Source of the DNA: Entomortierella parvispora E1425
Taxonomy: Eukaryota; Fungi; Mortierellomycota
Direction of reading: 5' to 3'
DNA: 64,000 nt
NCBI GenBank assembly: GCA_020891255.1
Contig: BQFW01000002.1
Location: 2,976,001 to 3,040,000, forward strand
Part shown: piece by piece, positions 24,837 to 35,653 of the stretch
How positions within the stretch are numbered: the stretch's first letter is position 1
How the letters are laid out: each line of letters starts with the position of its first letter
The notes under the pieces: generated by a model
Seen by the model: only the letters and a program-made list of their open reading frames with translations
What the model was told of the DNA's origin: nothing
Database searches by the model: none
Made by a program: the position numbers and the translations under genes

Positions 24837-27041
24837 ATGAACTACCAGATTATCGGCGACGGCTCAATGGCAATGATGATGATGCCAGAAGCCAACTTCC
24901 ACTACAACAACAGCCACAGCGACAGCAACAACAGTGCAAACAACTTTGGTTCAGTTGATACAACTCTGGGCCATGAATTCTTGTCTGGTCTTCCGATGCA
25001 TTACGCTGCGACTTCTGGCAACGACTTCCTGAACGTCCCTAACCTCCGGAAAGTGTCATCCACGAATGCCCTCCGCTCCTCTGCTGCCAATGATGCCGTT
25101 GTCGAATCCATCGCACTAGAGGAGTGGCGGCATAGACCTTCAGTGCACTTTGACGTGAACAGCACCTACAACGTCAGCAACAACAGCAGCAGCAACAACA
25201 ACAACACTGACAGCTCTAGCGGCAGCAGTAACAGTTCCTTGCTCCTTGCACCTTCATTGACGCCAACGCAGTCTACCCCTTCCAACTCGTCATTACCTAT
25301 CTTTGGACAGGGCGAGGCGCCTGCTGTTGAAGGTGCAGTATTGCCAGTAACAGGATCATCACTCCCTACGTCGACGTTGCCCTCTTCTGCCACCAATTCC
25401 TCCCCATCAGAGATGGGCTATGTGATGACAAACCAAAATTATTTGCTCGCACAACAACAACAACAGCAACAATTCTACCATCCTTCTCCACAGCATCTCC
25501 CTCCCCGTCATCATCAGCAGCAGCAAGAAGAGTTGGCCGTCACTTCAAGCCCCTACAGCAGCAACGGTGCGCCCTCCTATGTTCCCCTTTCAGACTTCCA
25601 AGGGGTGGGATCCTGGGTTGGCAGTGCCGCGGACTCGGCGGCATCAATTGCTGCAGCGTTACCAACCTCAGCCTCGCCCTCTGCGCACGTACCAGCAGCA
25701 CCCGTGGTGGCCTCCACGCCCATTGTCGGCTCTCACCTCCATCGCAGCAATAGCGTTATTCAGCTTAGCAGTCAACACCATACCCAGCACAACTATGTGT
25801 ACCCTGCAAGACCTTCCCAGCGCAAGAGCCGTTCCTACCAACCCCACCCCCAGTATCAATACCAGCCTCATCCACACCATCAGCCCTTCCCCCAGCCCCA
25901 TCCTCATCTTCAGATCATGACTTCGTTCGATTCCAGCCTTATGTATCCCTCGCCTCAAGTCAGTGAGCAAGGCCAGTTCTGCCACCCAGCCCAACACTAC
26001 CCTTGGGGTCTGAACGCCGCTGGTCTGTCCAACACCTCGCCGGTTGACAGCTGTTTCTCCTCGGGTTCTTCCACGCCCTCGTCTGCGGGTTCGTCCATGT
26101 CGCCTTCCCTGTCGTACTCTCCTACCGAGCTGAGTGGGACCGTGTCCCGCGAGTCGTCCCGAGCAACCTCGCCCTCGAATCTCTACGAGGCTTACTTGGT
26201 CGAGCGCCGACTCCGTCGCGTTGGGGATGGGAGCGAGCCTGTGGGACCTTCTAGCTTGATCATTCGTTCTAGAAAGTCCTCGACTTCCTCGACCTCCTCG
26301 AGCCTGTCCCAGAGGCGGATGTCTACCTTGCGCGAGACAACCAACGCGACGCCCAAGGTGATTACCGCGGCCACGGCGGCAGCAGTGACTGGCACGACCT
26401 CTGTTACCACGTCGGCGGCGTCCCCCACCGCGTCCTCGCCAAAGTCCACGACCACCGCTGCCACCACGACCACGTCGCCTACGCACCAATGCCCCACCTG
26501 TGGCTTGTGCTTTGCAGGTCCCGCGGTGCTGGTCCGCCATATCGAGTCCATTCATGACAAGTTGCTTTGGAACTGTGTGGGTTGCAAGTCCAACTTGTCT
26601 CGACGCGATGCGGTGACGCGCCACATCAATCTGTCGCCCATGGACTCTATCTGCCGTCAGGTCGGAACGATTGGTCAACTCAAGATGATCCATGGGACTG
26701 AGATCCAGTACGAGATCTCGCCTTACCGGGCCAAGCCTCTGGATGAGGTCATGAGCCGAATGGGCAAGAAGGCTCCTTCCTCGAACGGAGCATCGACGGC
26801 CTCCGCTGCCTCGGCTACCTTCCGCAGGAGGGAGTCGAGCGCGAGCACAGGGCACGGAGGTAGCTCCCAGTTGGGCTCGATCTCCCTTCAAGACCAATTG
26901 GACGGCGAGCAATCTTCAACGTTTGAAGAGGCCCTTAGGATGGCGGCGACCGGGTCCCCGGCCATCAAGAGGGAGGATCTGCAGGGACAGCGTCGCCGTC
27001 GGGCGTCATTCCCTTCCCTGGCAGTTCGTCGTAGAAAGTGA
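24837..27041 (+). CDS. Zinc-finger transcription factor C (C2H2 + C2HC fingers), intronless
   Basis: 734-aa ORF with N/S/Q/H-rich N-terminus; HQCPTCGLCFAGPAVLVRHIESIH and WNCVGCKSNLSRRDAVTRHINLSPMDSIC; basic C-terminus RRRK. Confidence 0.88.
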   Translation: MNYQIIGDGSMAMMMMPEANFHYNNSHSDSNNSANNFGSVDTTLGHEFLSGLPMHYAATSGNDFLNVPNLRKVSSTNALRSSAANDAVVESIALEEWRHRPSVHFDVNSTYNVSNNSSSNNNNTDSSSGSSNSSLLLAPSLTPTQSTPSNSSLPIFGQGEAPAVEGAVLPVTGSSLPTSTLPSSATNSSPSEMGYVMTNQNYLLAQQQQQQQFYHPSPQHLPPRHHQQQQEELAVTSSPYSSNGAPSYVPLSDFQGVGSWVGSAADSAASIAAALPTSASPSAHVPAAPVVASTPIVGSHLHRSNSVIQLSSQHHTQHNYVYPARPSQRKSRSYQPHPQYQYQPHPHHQPFPQPHPHLQIMTSFDSSLMYPSPQVSEQGQFCHPAQHYPWGLNAAGLSNTSPVDSCFSSGSSTPSSAGSSMSPSLSYSPTELSGTVSRESSRATSPSNLYEAYLVERRLRRVGDGSEPVGPSSLIIRSRKSSTSSTSSSLSQRRMSTLRETTNATPKVITAATAAAVTGTTSVTTSAASPTASSPKSTTTAATTTTSPTHQCPTCGLCFAGPAVLVRHIESIHDKLLWNCVGCKSNLSRRDAVTRHINLSPMDSICRQVGTIGQLKMIHGTEIQYEISPYRAKPLDEVMSRMGKKAPSSNGASTASAASATFRRRESSASTGHGGSSQLGSISLQDQLDGEQSSTFEEALRMAATGSPAIKREDLQGQRRRRASFPSLAVRRRK

Positions 27042-28169
27042 TTTTTATTACATATCGTTTTTTCTTTTCTGTTTAGTTTTTCTCTTTCATCAAAAAGCAT
27101 CTATACCCTCTTGTGTATCCTTTTCTGTCTCTTTTTCCATTTTTTTTTCTTTCTTGCTTGTCTTTTTTTTCTCCCTCTCCCATCTATACGCTCTATCCTA
27201 TCGTCCTCCATTTTTGCATCAATACCTTCATCCGAAAAAGAAAAAAGAAAAAAAAAAGAAAAAAGTTTCTCAAAAAAGCTTCAAAAGAATGTATTACAAT
27301 AGCCCCCAATGTCTGCAATAAAAATTATGTCTCCCAAAACGAACTCCCCCATTGAAGTCAACTCTGTTTTCTTTTCTGTGCCTGCAGGTCCGCCGGATGA
27401 ATGTTTATTCGATTCTATGCGAGGACGATCACAGTCGCCTTCTTCAAAGAGCTGAGAGAGCACTCACAACAAAAAAGTTCGATATGGTTTGAGTTTTCGC
27501 TTGTTTTTTTGTCAGCTCTTTTGAGCCCTCTCTGTCCTTTGGAGCATTCCATGCTTCAGGCCCAATGATGATCGCTGCATTTTAAACGTAAATTTCCTTA
27601 GAGAGAAAAAAAAAAGGGGATGGCCATGGCCCCAACCCCCCCTATTTTGCGAGCCCACTTTTCGATTCACCCCCAATTGCCCAAACGCCGAAAAAAAATC
27701 GCCGACTGATATCTTCAACGCGGCCTGAAAGTGAGCGGAGGGAATTTTCAAAGTTTTCCCTCACGTCGATTGTCGTGACCCATGAAATCCGGCTAGGATA
27801 CTCTATATTCAAAAGGCAAAAGGAGATGTCGGAGGGTTCGGGGGGCCGGGCTGAACTGCGCGAACGCGAACGTACCCGCCTTCTCGAAGTCAAGCGCAGA
27901 AGTCGCTCAATAGGTCTGAGACTCGAATGGACAATGCTGTCGAGTGGTCCTTCAACTCGACTTGCCAATCCTGTCAGTGAATGTTCCACATTCAGTTTGC
28001 CTGTGGTCATGCCCTCCAGAAAGTCCAATGTCATGATGCCGATTCGTGGGTTGCAAATGTAGAGAGGAAGGACTTGACCAGTGCCTGGTGGTCGACTCAA
28101 GCATTGCGCCACCAATGCCTCAGGTCACGTGAAAAAAAGATACAAACCGAAAAAAACCGTTAAATGGGT

Positions 28170-28431
28170 GGAGGACTGTGTGTAGTGTAGTGGGAATTCA
28201 ATCGCCTGCGAAGCTACACGCCCGGGTTCAAATCCGAGCTCGGGCAGAGACTTCACTCAACTGCAGTGGTACACACTAGTCTCTCCTCGTATCAGTGTGG
28301 CCTTGAGGGAGAGCTGTGTCGTGCTACGCGTCCATCTCTGTGAAAGCAGAGCAAACGTGGTACGCGCTGAAGGGCGAATACTAGTCACCGTTGAGGGGTG
28401 GCTAGGTTTCTTGCTCCAGGACCCAATTTTT
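28170..28431 (+). ncRNA. Structured Pol III-type RNA, best guess SRP RNA (7SL)
   Basis: A-box TAGTGTAGTGG 28183-28193, B-box GGTTCAAATCC 28225-28235 and T5 run 28427-28431. Nested long-range pairings form a rod (28224-29/28419-24, 28242-51/28406-16, 28256-61/28390-95, 28275-80/28380-85, 28292-99/28363-70) capped by a UGAG-loop and a GAAA-tetraloop hairpin. Folded by eye only. Confidence 0.55.
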
Positions 28432-29037
28432 CTCCGTCTTTTGTTGTTGTTGTTCACAATCCTGGATCCCAGATTCTCGGCAGAAAAACTCTCAGATCAA
28501 CGTGAGCCAAATTTTTGGTGGCGCTTTTTTTTTTTGTCCGGGCTCAATGTGCAATTCTGCTCTGTTCAATGTAAAGTGCATTCCGATGAGAACGCAGTGT
28601 TGGTTGCTCGCGCGTCCGGTTTTTTATGTTTCCTGAGGAAGGGGGAACAAGGATGGGGAATGTGTGGAGATTACATGTCGAAAATGTCGAGGAATGGCGA
28701 AAGAAGCAATGAATAGCGCGACAGCAAGAAGGCAGATAAGTGGATGGGTGTCAGTCTGCTTCCTGGTCGGGCCCCTAAGTTGGCTCACCACCGGGCACCT
28801 TTGTACCTGGGCACCTTGGACACAACTGGATATGAATTACACATGTCGCGAAGAGTTGAACCACGGGGACAAGGTCGACAGTGCTTGGGAGGTGCTTGTG
28901 AATGAACCTGAGGATGAAAACGTTCAGCACCGCCACACGCGCCGCTCCCTCGTTTTTTTATCAGCTTCATTTTTTCCTTCCTTGTCTTTTATCTCCCTTC
29001 GCCATCTTTCACCTCTCTATCCACGCCCTTGCCAAAG

Positions 29038-30284
29038 ATGACAGTATTTTCTCTTGCTCCCGATGCATCTATGACCACCCATGCATCCATTAGGTCAGAT
29101 GCCGCTTGCTTTCATGTTCTCCAAGCACTTCAGAGTCATGTCCTTTTTTTGTCGGACCGAGGTTACATTCAAAGGGATTCGCTCAATACGTGAGTATCGT
29201 GTGTCTTTTTCTCGCATCCCTCTTTGTGTCCTTCATTTCGTCCCCTCTAACACATGGCTTCTGTGTAGAATCTTGACCGAGCTCCACAAGCTAGATCCGC
29301 AATCCCCGTCTCCTTCTCGACCCAGGGATCCTCAAGGGATAGACTTGTCCACAGAAAACAGAGGTTCGAATTCGACGCAACCTGAACACGATTCAACATT
29401 AAGTTTTCACGGAAGAAGTAATAGCAGAGATGAGGTCTTGATAGAAGAAGGCTCATGGCTTCAGAGAGAGGATGACCATCATGAAAGCTCGAATTCAACC
29501 AGCTCTCAATCCGTCGCTCTTGAGATCCTGGACGTCGGCTCTGATCGGGGATCGTCCACACCAGCTCCTTCCTCAGGTACAAATATGACATGGGATCAAA
29601 GTCAGCATCAAGACCAAGTCCCAATACCTCGTCCGTCCTATGTTGAGCCTCTGACACATCAATCCCCCACCATAATTCATATCGAATCCGACGAGCCAGT
29701 TCCAGCCGTTGCACCCCCTTCATACGATGATGTTCATTCCCTTCCAGAACAACAGCAAATGTTCGAACAGCCGCACAGGCAAGTTCAAGAAGTTCAGATG
29801 CAGCTACAACAACAGCAGGAGGTAGTCCTTCGACGACAACAACAACTACAAGTCCAGCAAGAGCAACTGCAAAAGCAGCTACAGCGACAACTTCGGCAAA
29901 ATTATGTAGTTTCGTCGAATCCTTGTCAGCAGCAATCAATTGCCTCAAGTTCATCCAACCCCAATCTCAAAGAGGTCGAGGTTATGTGGCAGGCTCAAGC
30001 TATGTATGATTTTCTTGGGGATGACTTGGGCGATTTGCAATTCAAAAAAGGAGACATAATCGATGTCATCAAAGTGGGTGAGTTACCTCCTCTTCATCAA
30101 ATATTGTCTGCTTTGAACTTTTTAAGGTGGGGGAGTGAGGATCCTGGGGAAGTGGAGTTGGCGATCTTTTTGATTTATTATTTTCTTCCACTCAAAACTT
30201 CCTGTAGTGAACGACGATTGGTGGCAAGGCGTCTTGAAAGAAGAGGCTGGCATTTTCCCCACAGCTTATGTCAGGAAGTTGTAA
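29038..30284 (+). CDS. LSB1/PIN3-like SH3-domain protein with Gln-rich middle
   Basis: Three exons. N-terminal helix HVLQALQSHVLFLSDRGYIQRDSLNTILTEL resembles the Lsb1/Pin3 N-terminus; poly-Q stretch; SH3 AQAMYDFLGDDLGDLQFKKGDIIDVIKV-VNDDWWQGVLKEEAGIFPTAYVRKL* (last exon from ~30208). Confidence 0.82.
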
Positions 30285-30478
30285 GTACATACGCCATCAG
30301 CCACTCTGGGATGATACGAGATCAACCGTGTTGACCCAATTTAAAATCATGTAGGAGCCAACCTAAGAATCGAAAAGCCCGTACTGTCAAAGTTCTCAAA
30401 CAACAATTACAAGAATAGCCCCATCCTTGTCAAGGAGTCTTCTCGTGCGATGCAGGTTTTTTTAATGCACATTCTATG

Positions 30479-32211
30479 TTATGAAGTTGACGACCAATCC
30501 AGTAGTCGGATAAAGTCAAGATACCGTTCTCCATACAACATCTGGAGCTTCATTGCGTTCTGATCCGTGTTGTCGGATTGATTTGCATGTCCAACAAATT
30601 CTATTTCGGTAGAGAGACAGGCGAGCGAGTTTGTATCTCCCAGAATCCAATCAACAGACGACTCTGTTGTGTCCATCTCGGTCTCGGACCCTACCCATTG
30701 CATACCATAATAAACAAACCGGAGATGGTACCAAAGCGACTCATGTCCAGGATAGGACAGAATTAGGTCCTTTGTCCGTTGCAATTCCGTTTCCCAAAGT
30801 CGCAAGACCCACGGATAGCTGGCTCGAATTGGAGGTGTTGTTGCTTCAATTTTCACGCCGCGATTGGCGTCACGCTTCTGACCTGCATCTTGACTCTGAC
30901 TAAACCTCTCGTGTCGTCGTCGTCGTCTCTGAGAGAGTTCTTCCCGTGTCCACTGAAGCGCCTTACAAGAACTTCGAGAAGGTGGGGACGGCCCTGTTTC
31001 ACTGTCATCGGTACAAATCTGTACAGACCATCGTCCGCTGAGCTGCAACATGCACTGTTGCAGGTGCTGTTGTGTTGAGTGATCTGAAATATTCCTTCCC
31101 ATGTGATCCTTCATGCGCTCGTATTCCTTTTCCAATGGGATGAGATCGACAGGATCCGGTTCTGAAGAAGATACCCTAAAGCTTGCAATCCACCAATGTC
31201 GTCCAAGCTCTTCAACCAGCCAGTGCCGCATCGTCCAAGCGTAGTAGCATTTTGGGTATCTCTCGGCCGCTTGATGGCAGACCGTCAGTTGTTCCTCCAC
31301 GATAGCAGGCTGCAATGGGGTCTCGCGAAGACCAGGATACATATAGCACAGTAACCATTTTCTAATGTTTACAATTGAATGCCCCTCCCTTAGTCAGTAC
31401 ATTTGTCAAAGGGCGATGATTCTCCAGGGAGACAATACCTGTGATGCCACGCGCCTGAGCTTTTGCAGTTCCGCGGTATCGTCAAAATGGCGTCCAAAAA
31501 CTTCAGCTCAGTCTCGGCATTCAGAACGCCCTTTTCTATCAGTCGTTTTCTGGATGTTGATGATTAATATTCGGTTGCAACAGAACAGGCGACAATTTTG
31601 CGACCTGTTTCCTTTCCTACCTTGCATTGACGGCCGTAAACGAATCTGGGCATACAATCATGAGGCAGGATGTTGCCTCAATGACCCTGTTATATTTTTC
31701 TACAAAGAGCAAGAGGAGAGGACATTAGAAACAGGCGACAAAAAAAAGAGAGATCCTTTGATTCAACTCCATACCAGAGATATCCCACCAGTCCTGACCA
31801 TTGCTCGATGTGTCGACCTTGATAGCCGCTTTGAGGATCGCATAGGCCTCGGACAAAAGTGGAACCCAGCAAAAGATTGGAATGCCAAGCTTGGTCCTTT
31901 GTTCCTGAAGTACAAAAGGATAAAGAGGAAGATCCTTTAGAGTTTCCTTGTCGTCTGGTTCCGCAAGAAACGGGAGAATGCCAATCTCGTCTCTAATGTC
32001 GAGGCGTTGAGACAGAATCAATAAAAAGATGCGACTAGATAGGTGCCACCAATTCTTAAGAACTCATGTATTGCAATGCCAACCATGCATCTGTCGCTTA
32101 CATATTGCTTTGACTGAGGATGCGGATTAGACGCCGGTAAATAACATCCTGAGTGAGTGAAGGATCAAGCGTAGCAATGGGCGTGTTCGCGAGTCGCGCT
32201 TCGGATGCCAT
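30479..32211 (-). CDS. Protein prenyltransferase alpha-subunit repeat protein (PTAR1/Ecm9-like)
   Basis: Multi-exon. PFTA repeats ELKFLDAILTIPRNCKSSGAWHHR-KWLL, CHQAAERYPKCYYAWTMRHWL, MGRNISDHSTQQHLQ, DLILSYPGHESLWYHLRFV; N-terminal KLGIP motif. The start codon is a best guess. Confidence 0.82.
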
Positions 32212-32450
32212 CAGGAACGAGATTAATGCAAAGGGTAAGATGGGAAGATGCGTGACTTGAACTTCTTTTTTACTTTTGAACGCGCGTTCATGTAACTTCA
32301 CTGCTGATGCATGTCATGCCAATTCACTCTGCACTGTTCACGCCAGCCTGCACACCTCCGCCCACGTTGCCAGTCTTTGTAGACCATCCAGACTAAGACT
32401 GCATAAAAAATATATTTGAATCCACTCGAAACCTCCTAAACTACGTTCAC

Positions 32451-33647
32451 TTAGATGTATTGGGACATCCAAAGGAAACCATCGCCGTATCCTTGCTTCA
32501 TGACAACAGAGCACATGAAGACCTCGATGGGGCGCATATCCTTCAATGGGACCTTGCCCTTTCCAGTGGTCTGGATCAAGCCGAGGGCAGAGCGAAGCTC
32601 CTCCTCAGAGACGGCGCCGGGAGCATCAATCTTGTTTCCGAGAATCAAGAAAGGAACACGCTCCAACTGCTGGATGGCAAGAAGAGCCTGGGAGAACGCA
32701 ATTATATAGATATAAAAAAGTCAGTTCAAGCGCATAGACATGAGGTACTTTCGAGTTTGAAGACTGTACTCCAAAACTTACATCCAACTCAGCCTTGGAC
32801 TCGAAGAAACGCTCGCGGTCCTGAGTATCAACCAAGAAGACGATACCGTTGACCTCGGCGAAGTAGTCCTTCCAAATGCGGCGGGCTATTAGCAAAATAC
32901 AAAAACAAAAAAAATCCATGGGCCATCAGACTTTTTTGTCAACACTGACGCGTATTCATGCCTCCTTGATTCTTGTTCCTCCTTATGGAGGATATGGATC
33001 CCGTATATGTCTGCCACGTTTACCTTGCTGATGTCCACCCAGATCGAAGGTCGTGAACTTGACATTGGAAATAGACAACTCCTCGGAAGCTAAAAAAAAT
33101 CACAGGGGAGGAGGGGGAAGGGGTGGGGAAAGAAGTTTAGAAAACATGTTTGATCTGTTTCCTTCAATACAGATCCACCGTTTGTCTCTGTTGCTCTTCT
33201 TACTGGGGTGAAGAGTGGGCTGAAGAGTAGCGAGACGGTCGTTCTTCAACATGTGGAGAAGGGTGGTCTTTCCAGCGTTATCGAGACCGAGGAAGAGAAT
33301 CTTGGCGTTCTTGTTGAACAAGCCTACAGTTAGACGAATGGACAATAATGATTTAGTACTCCAGTTCACTCGTTCCGGGAAGAGATGGATGTAATTTCAC
33401 GTCCTGTCTGCCCGTTTTTTTTTCCTGCCTGACTATTTTTCCGATTTTCTATCTGTGAAGAAGAGCTCCTGACCAGATGCAGGCGAGTTATGTTCTGCGT
33501 GATGTCTTCTTGCGAGTCGCCTAGTCCTGTCCTGGTCCCTGTCCTGATGGCTTTTGATGCGCGCCGACAGACGCAAGAAGGGCAAGGCGGGGATTGCTAC
33601 GCACCAAGGCTCGACAAAACGTCGCGGAACCAGTCAATGATGAACAT
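32451..33647 (-). CDS. SAR1: COPII small GTPase Sar1
   Basis: First exon [15 protein letters not shown] (ATG 33647), then [65 protein letters not shown]...[24 protein letters not shown]. Confidence 0.98.
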
Positions 33648-34957
33648 GATGGGCTTTGTGTGTGTGTGTGGTGTGTGAGGGGAGGATGGAGAGAGAAGGA
33701 AGAGAAAAAGGAAGCGAGATGAAGGATGAAAGGGGAGAAAGGATCACTTGAATCGAGCCACGTCGGTGCCACCCTCTGTCAATTAGACGGCGATCGAATA
33801 TGTATTTGATCTCTATTTGACTGCGCGCACAAACCTCATGTAATTTTTTCATTCTGCCTGTTCTGCCTGTTCTGCCTGAGTCTCATCTCATCGGTTCACT
33901 TCCTCTCTCCATCTTCCTCCCTTTCCTTGGACCTACCTTTCTTGCTCCGCACGCGGCCGCGCTTGCGCACACATGGAGGCAAAGAGGCGATAGGCCAATT
34001 TCTACCTTCCTATCTTCAACGCGAGGTTTGATGGCTCTTGGGCAACAGTGGCCTGACCGGGTGCAACAAACAAGGATAGCCAACTGAGGATATCCTAGGC
34101 TGTAGGGAGGGCGCAAGCGCGTTTCAGGCAATGGGCACACCACTGACGTCCATCACAGCTGCCTGTGTGGGTTCAGGAAGACACATTGATTGGACTTTTG
34201 GCAGAATAATTCATAGGCCGGTCACTGTTCTTTTGTGAGCAAATCGATGTGGGAAATACAACAGCAAACAGCAGCAGGGGTATCACCGCAAAGGACGAAG
34301 CAAATGTGGTGAACAGTGGCGCAAGTCAAACATGTCTTTGACACACAATTGCGTTATAGCTCTGGCGTTCTTCTTCCAAATACAGGTAGAACGATGGGGA
34401 CCCTTGCACTTTTTAGCTTGAAGCATCTGCGGTTGTGCCCTGATTCGCCACTAGTGGCCACGAGGAGAAAAAAAACTGCCATCGTATGGTGTGTACAAAC
34501 GTCAAACCAAAAATGGTAAAAATAATGGTTTTTAATTTCTTTGAGATACAGGGGTTTTTTTGGGATACGGTGTACAGTAGTTTATCTCGCGGATCGAAGA
34601 TGGTGCCGATCCTGCATGGTATAAATAACTTTGTTGGCAGCTAGAGGAAGAGGAGGAGGAGAAGAGGCGGGTCCCAGTCCCCTGCTTGCTAATTTCTGCC
34701 ATCCGTTCAGCAGTCGGCAGTAGGGGTCTAATCTGCCTGCTCTGCGGCACCAATTTTCGCGCCGCGCCTATTGCGGTGGTCGAAGGGCCGTCCTGTCCCC
34801 AGAATTCATCGGAATGCTCACAACAATTGAGAGCTCAACAGTTCTCTTTGCGCAATCCTATTCTGGGTCAATCATGCCGTTTTTATCGTCCTCTCCACGG
34901 CCTTTTGTCCATATGCTTGACCGAACCTTCTTTGAGAGAGCCGCTCGGGGCGTAGGG

Positions 34958-34965
34958 TATAAAAG
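34958..34965 (+). promoter_or_regulatory. TATA box of the LysM gene
   Basis: TATAAAAG 96 nt upstream of ATG 35054. Confidence 0.65.
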
Positions 34966-35053
34966 CAATCATGTCCCCAGTACCAGGGTTTTTTTCTTCA
35001 AGTCATACTTCCCCTTCCAACAAACCCTCAATCCTAACCTCCCTTCCCCTACC

Positions 35054-35653
35054 ATGAAGTTCTCCGCCACTCTGCTCGTTCTCGCCGCTGTTGCTTCCCA
35101 GGCTATGGCTGTCATTCCTATCCCCGTCAAGGGGTGCCAGAAGACCGTCGTGGTCAAGTCGACTGACACTGGCTGCGTCCAGTTCGCTACTGACAACCAC
35201 ATCACCTTCAAGCAGTTGCTTGCCTGGAACGAGAAGCTGCGCACTGATTGCGCCAACTTGGATGTTGGAGGTAAATTCTCGGCACTTTATAGAACATCGC
35301 CCCGAGCAATTCCGTCCTCGTCTTCCCAACCACTACTCTTTTCGTGAACTGTACGTGAATCCTAAAATCGCAACAATCTTCCTACTCTACTTGTAGCTCC
35401 TTTGTGTGTCGCTGGTCCCAGCACCAAGCCCCAGCCCAAGCCCACCCAGAAGCCCGAGCCTAAGCCTACCCAGAAGCCCAAACCCAAGCCTACCCAGAAG
35501 CCCAAGCCCAAGCCTACCCAGAAGCCCAAGCCCAAGCCTACCCAGAAGCCCAAGCCCAAGCCTACCCAGAAGCCCAAGCCCAAGCCTACCAGCAAGCCCC
35601 ACGCCAAGACCACGAGCAAGCCCAAGCCTAAGGCTACCCCCAACCGCCTTTAA
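35054..35653 (+). CDS. Secreted LysM-domain protein with Pro/Lys/Thr-rich repeat tail
   Basis: Signal peptide [19 protein letters not shown]; fungal Lys[52 protein letters not shown] across intron 35271-35396; tail of PKPKPTQK repeats. Confidence 0.9.
35429..35620 (+). repeat. 24-bp coding tandem repeat (PKPKPTQK), about 7 units plus degenerate copies
   Basis: Unit cccaagcccaagcctacccagaag repeated directly. Confidence 0.92.

Noticed and set aside
27115-27124. U12-type 5' splice site GTATCCTTTT
   Set aside because: It lies in a pyrimidine-rich 3' region downstream of the TF-C stop, with no matching U12 branch site nearby, so it is likely chance.
27642-28115. Minus-strand ORF with an apparent GTACGT...ATATAG intron
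   Set aside because: No recognisable protein in any spliced frame, and one frame has two in-frame TGAs without supporting selenoprotein context. It may be non-coding or a tiny gene.
28176-28246. Functional tRNA-Arg(GCG) or tRNA-Sec gene
   Set aside because: The acceptor stem (CTGTGTG vs CTCGGGC) does not pair, and the T and anticodon stems have mismatches. There is no TCA anticodon or long variable arm. Kept only as a tRNA-shaped promoter domain.
28160-28440. RNase P or RNase MRP RNA
   Set aside because: GGGAATTCAAT and CTCGGGCAGAGA resemble conserved regions, but I could not find both strands of a P4 pseudoknot in the right order.
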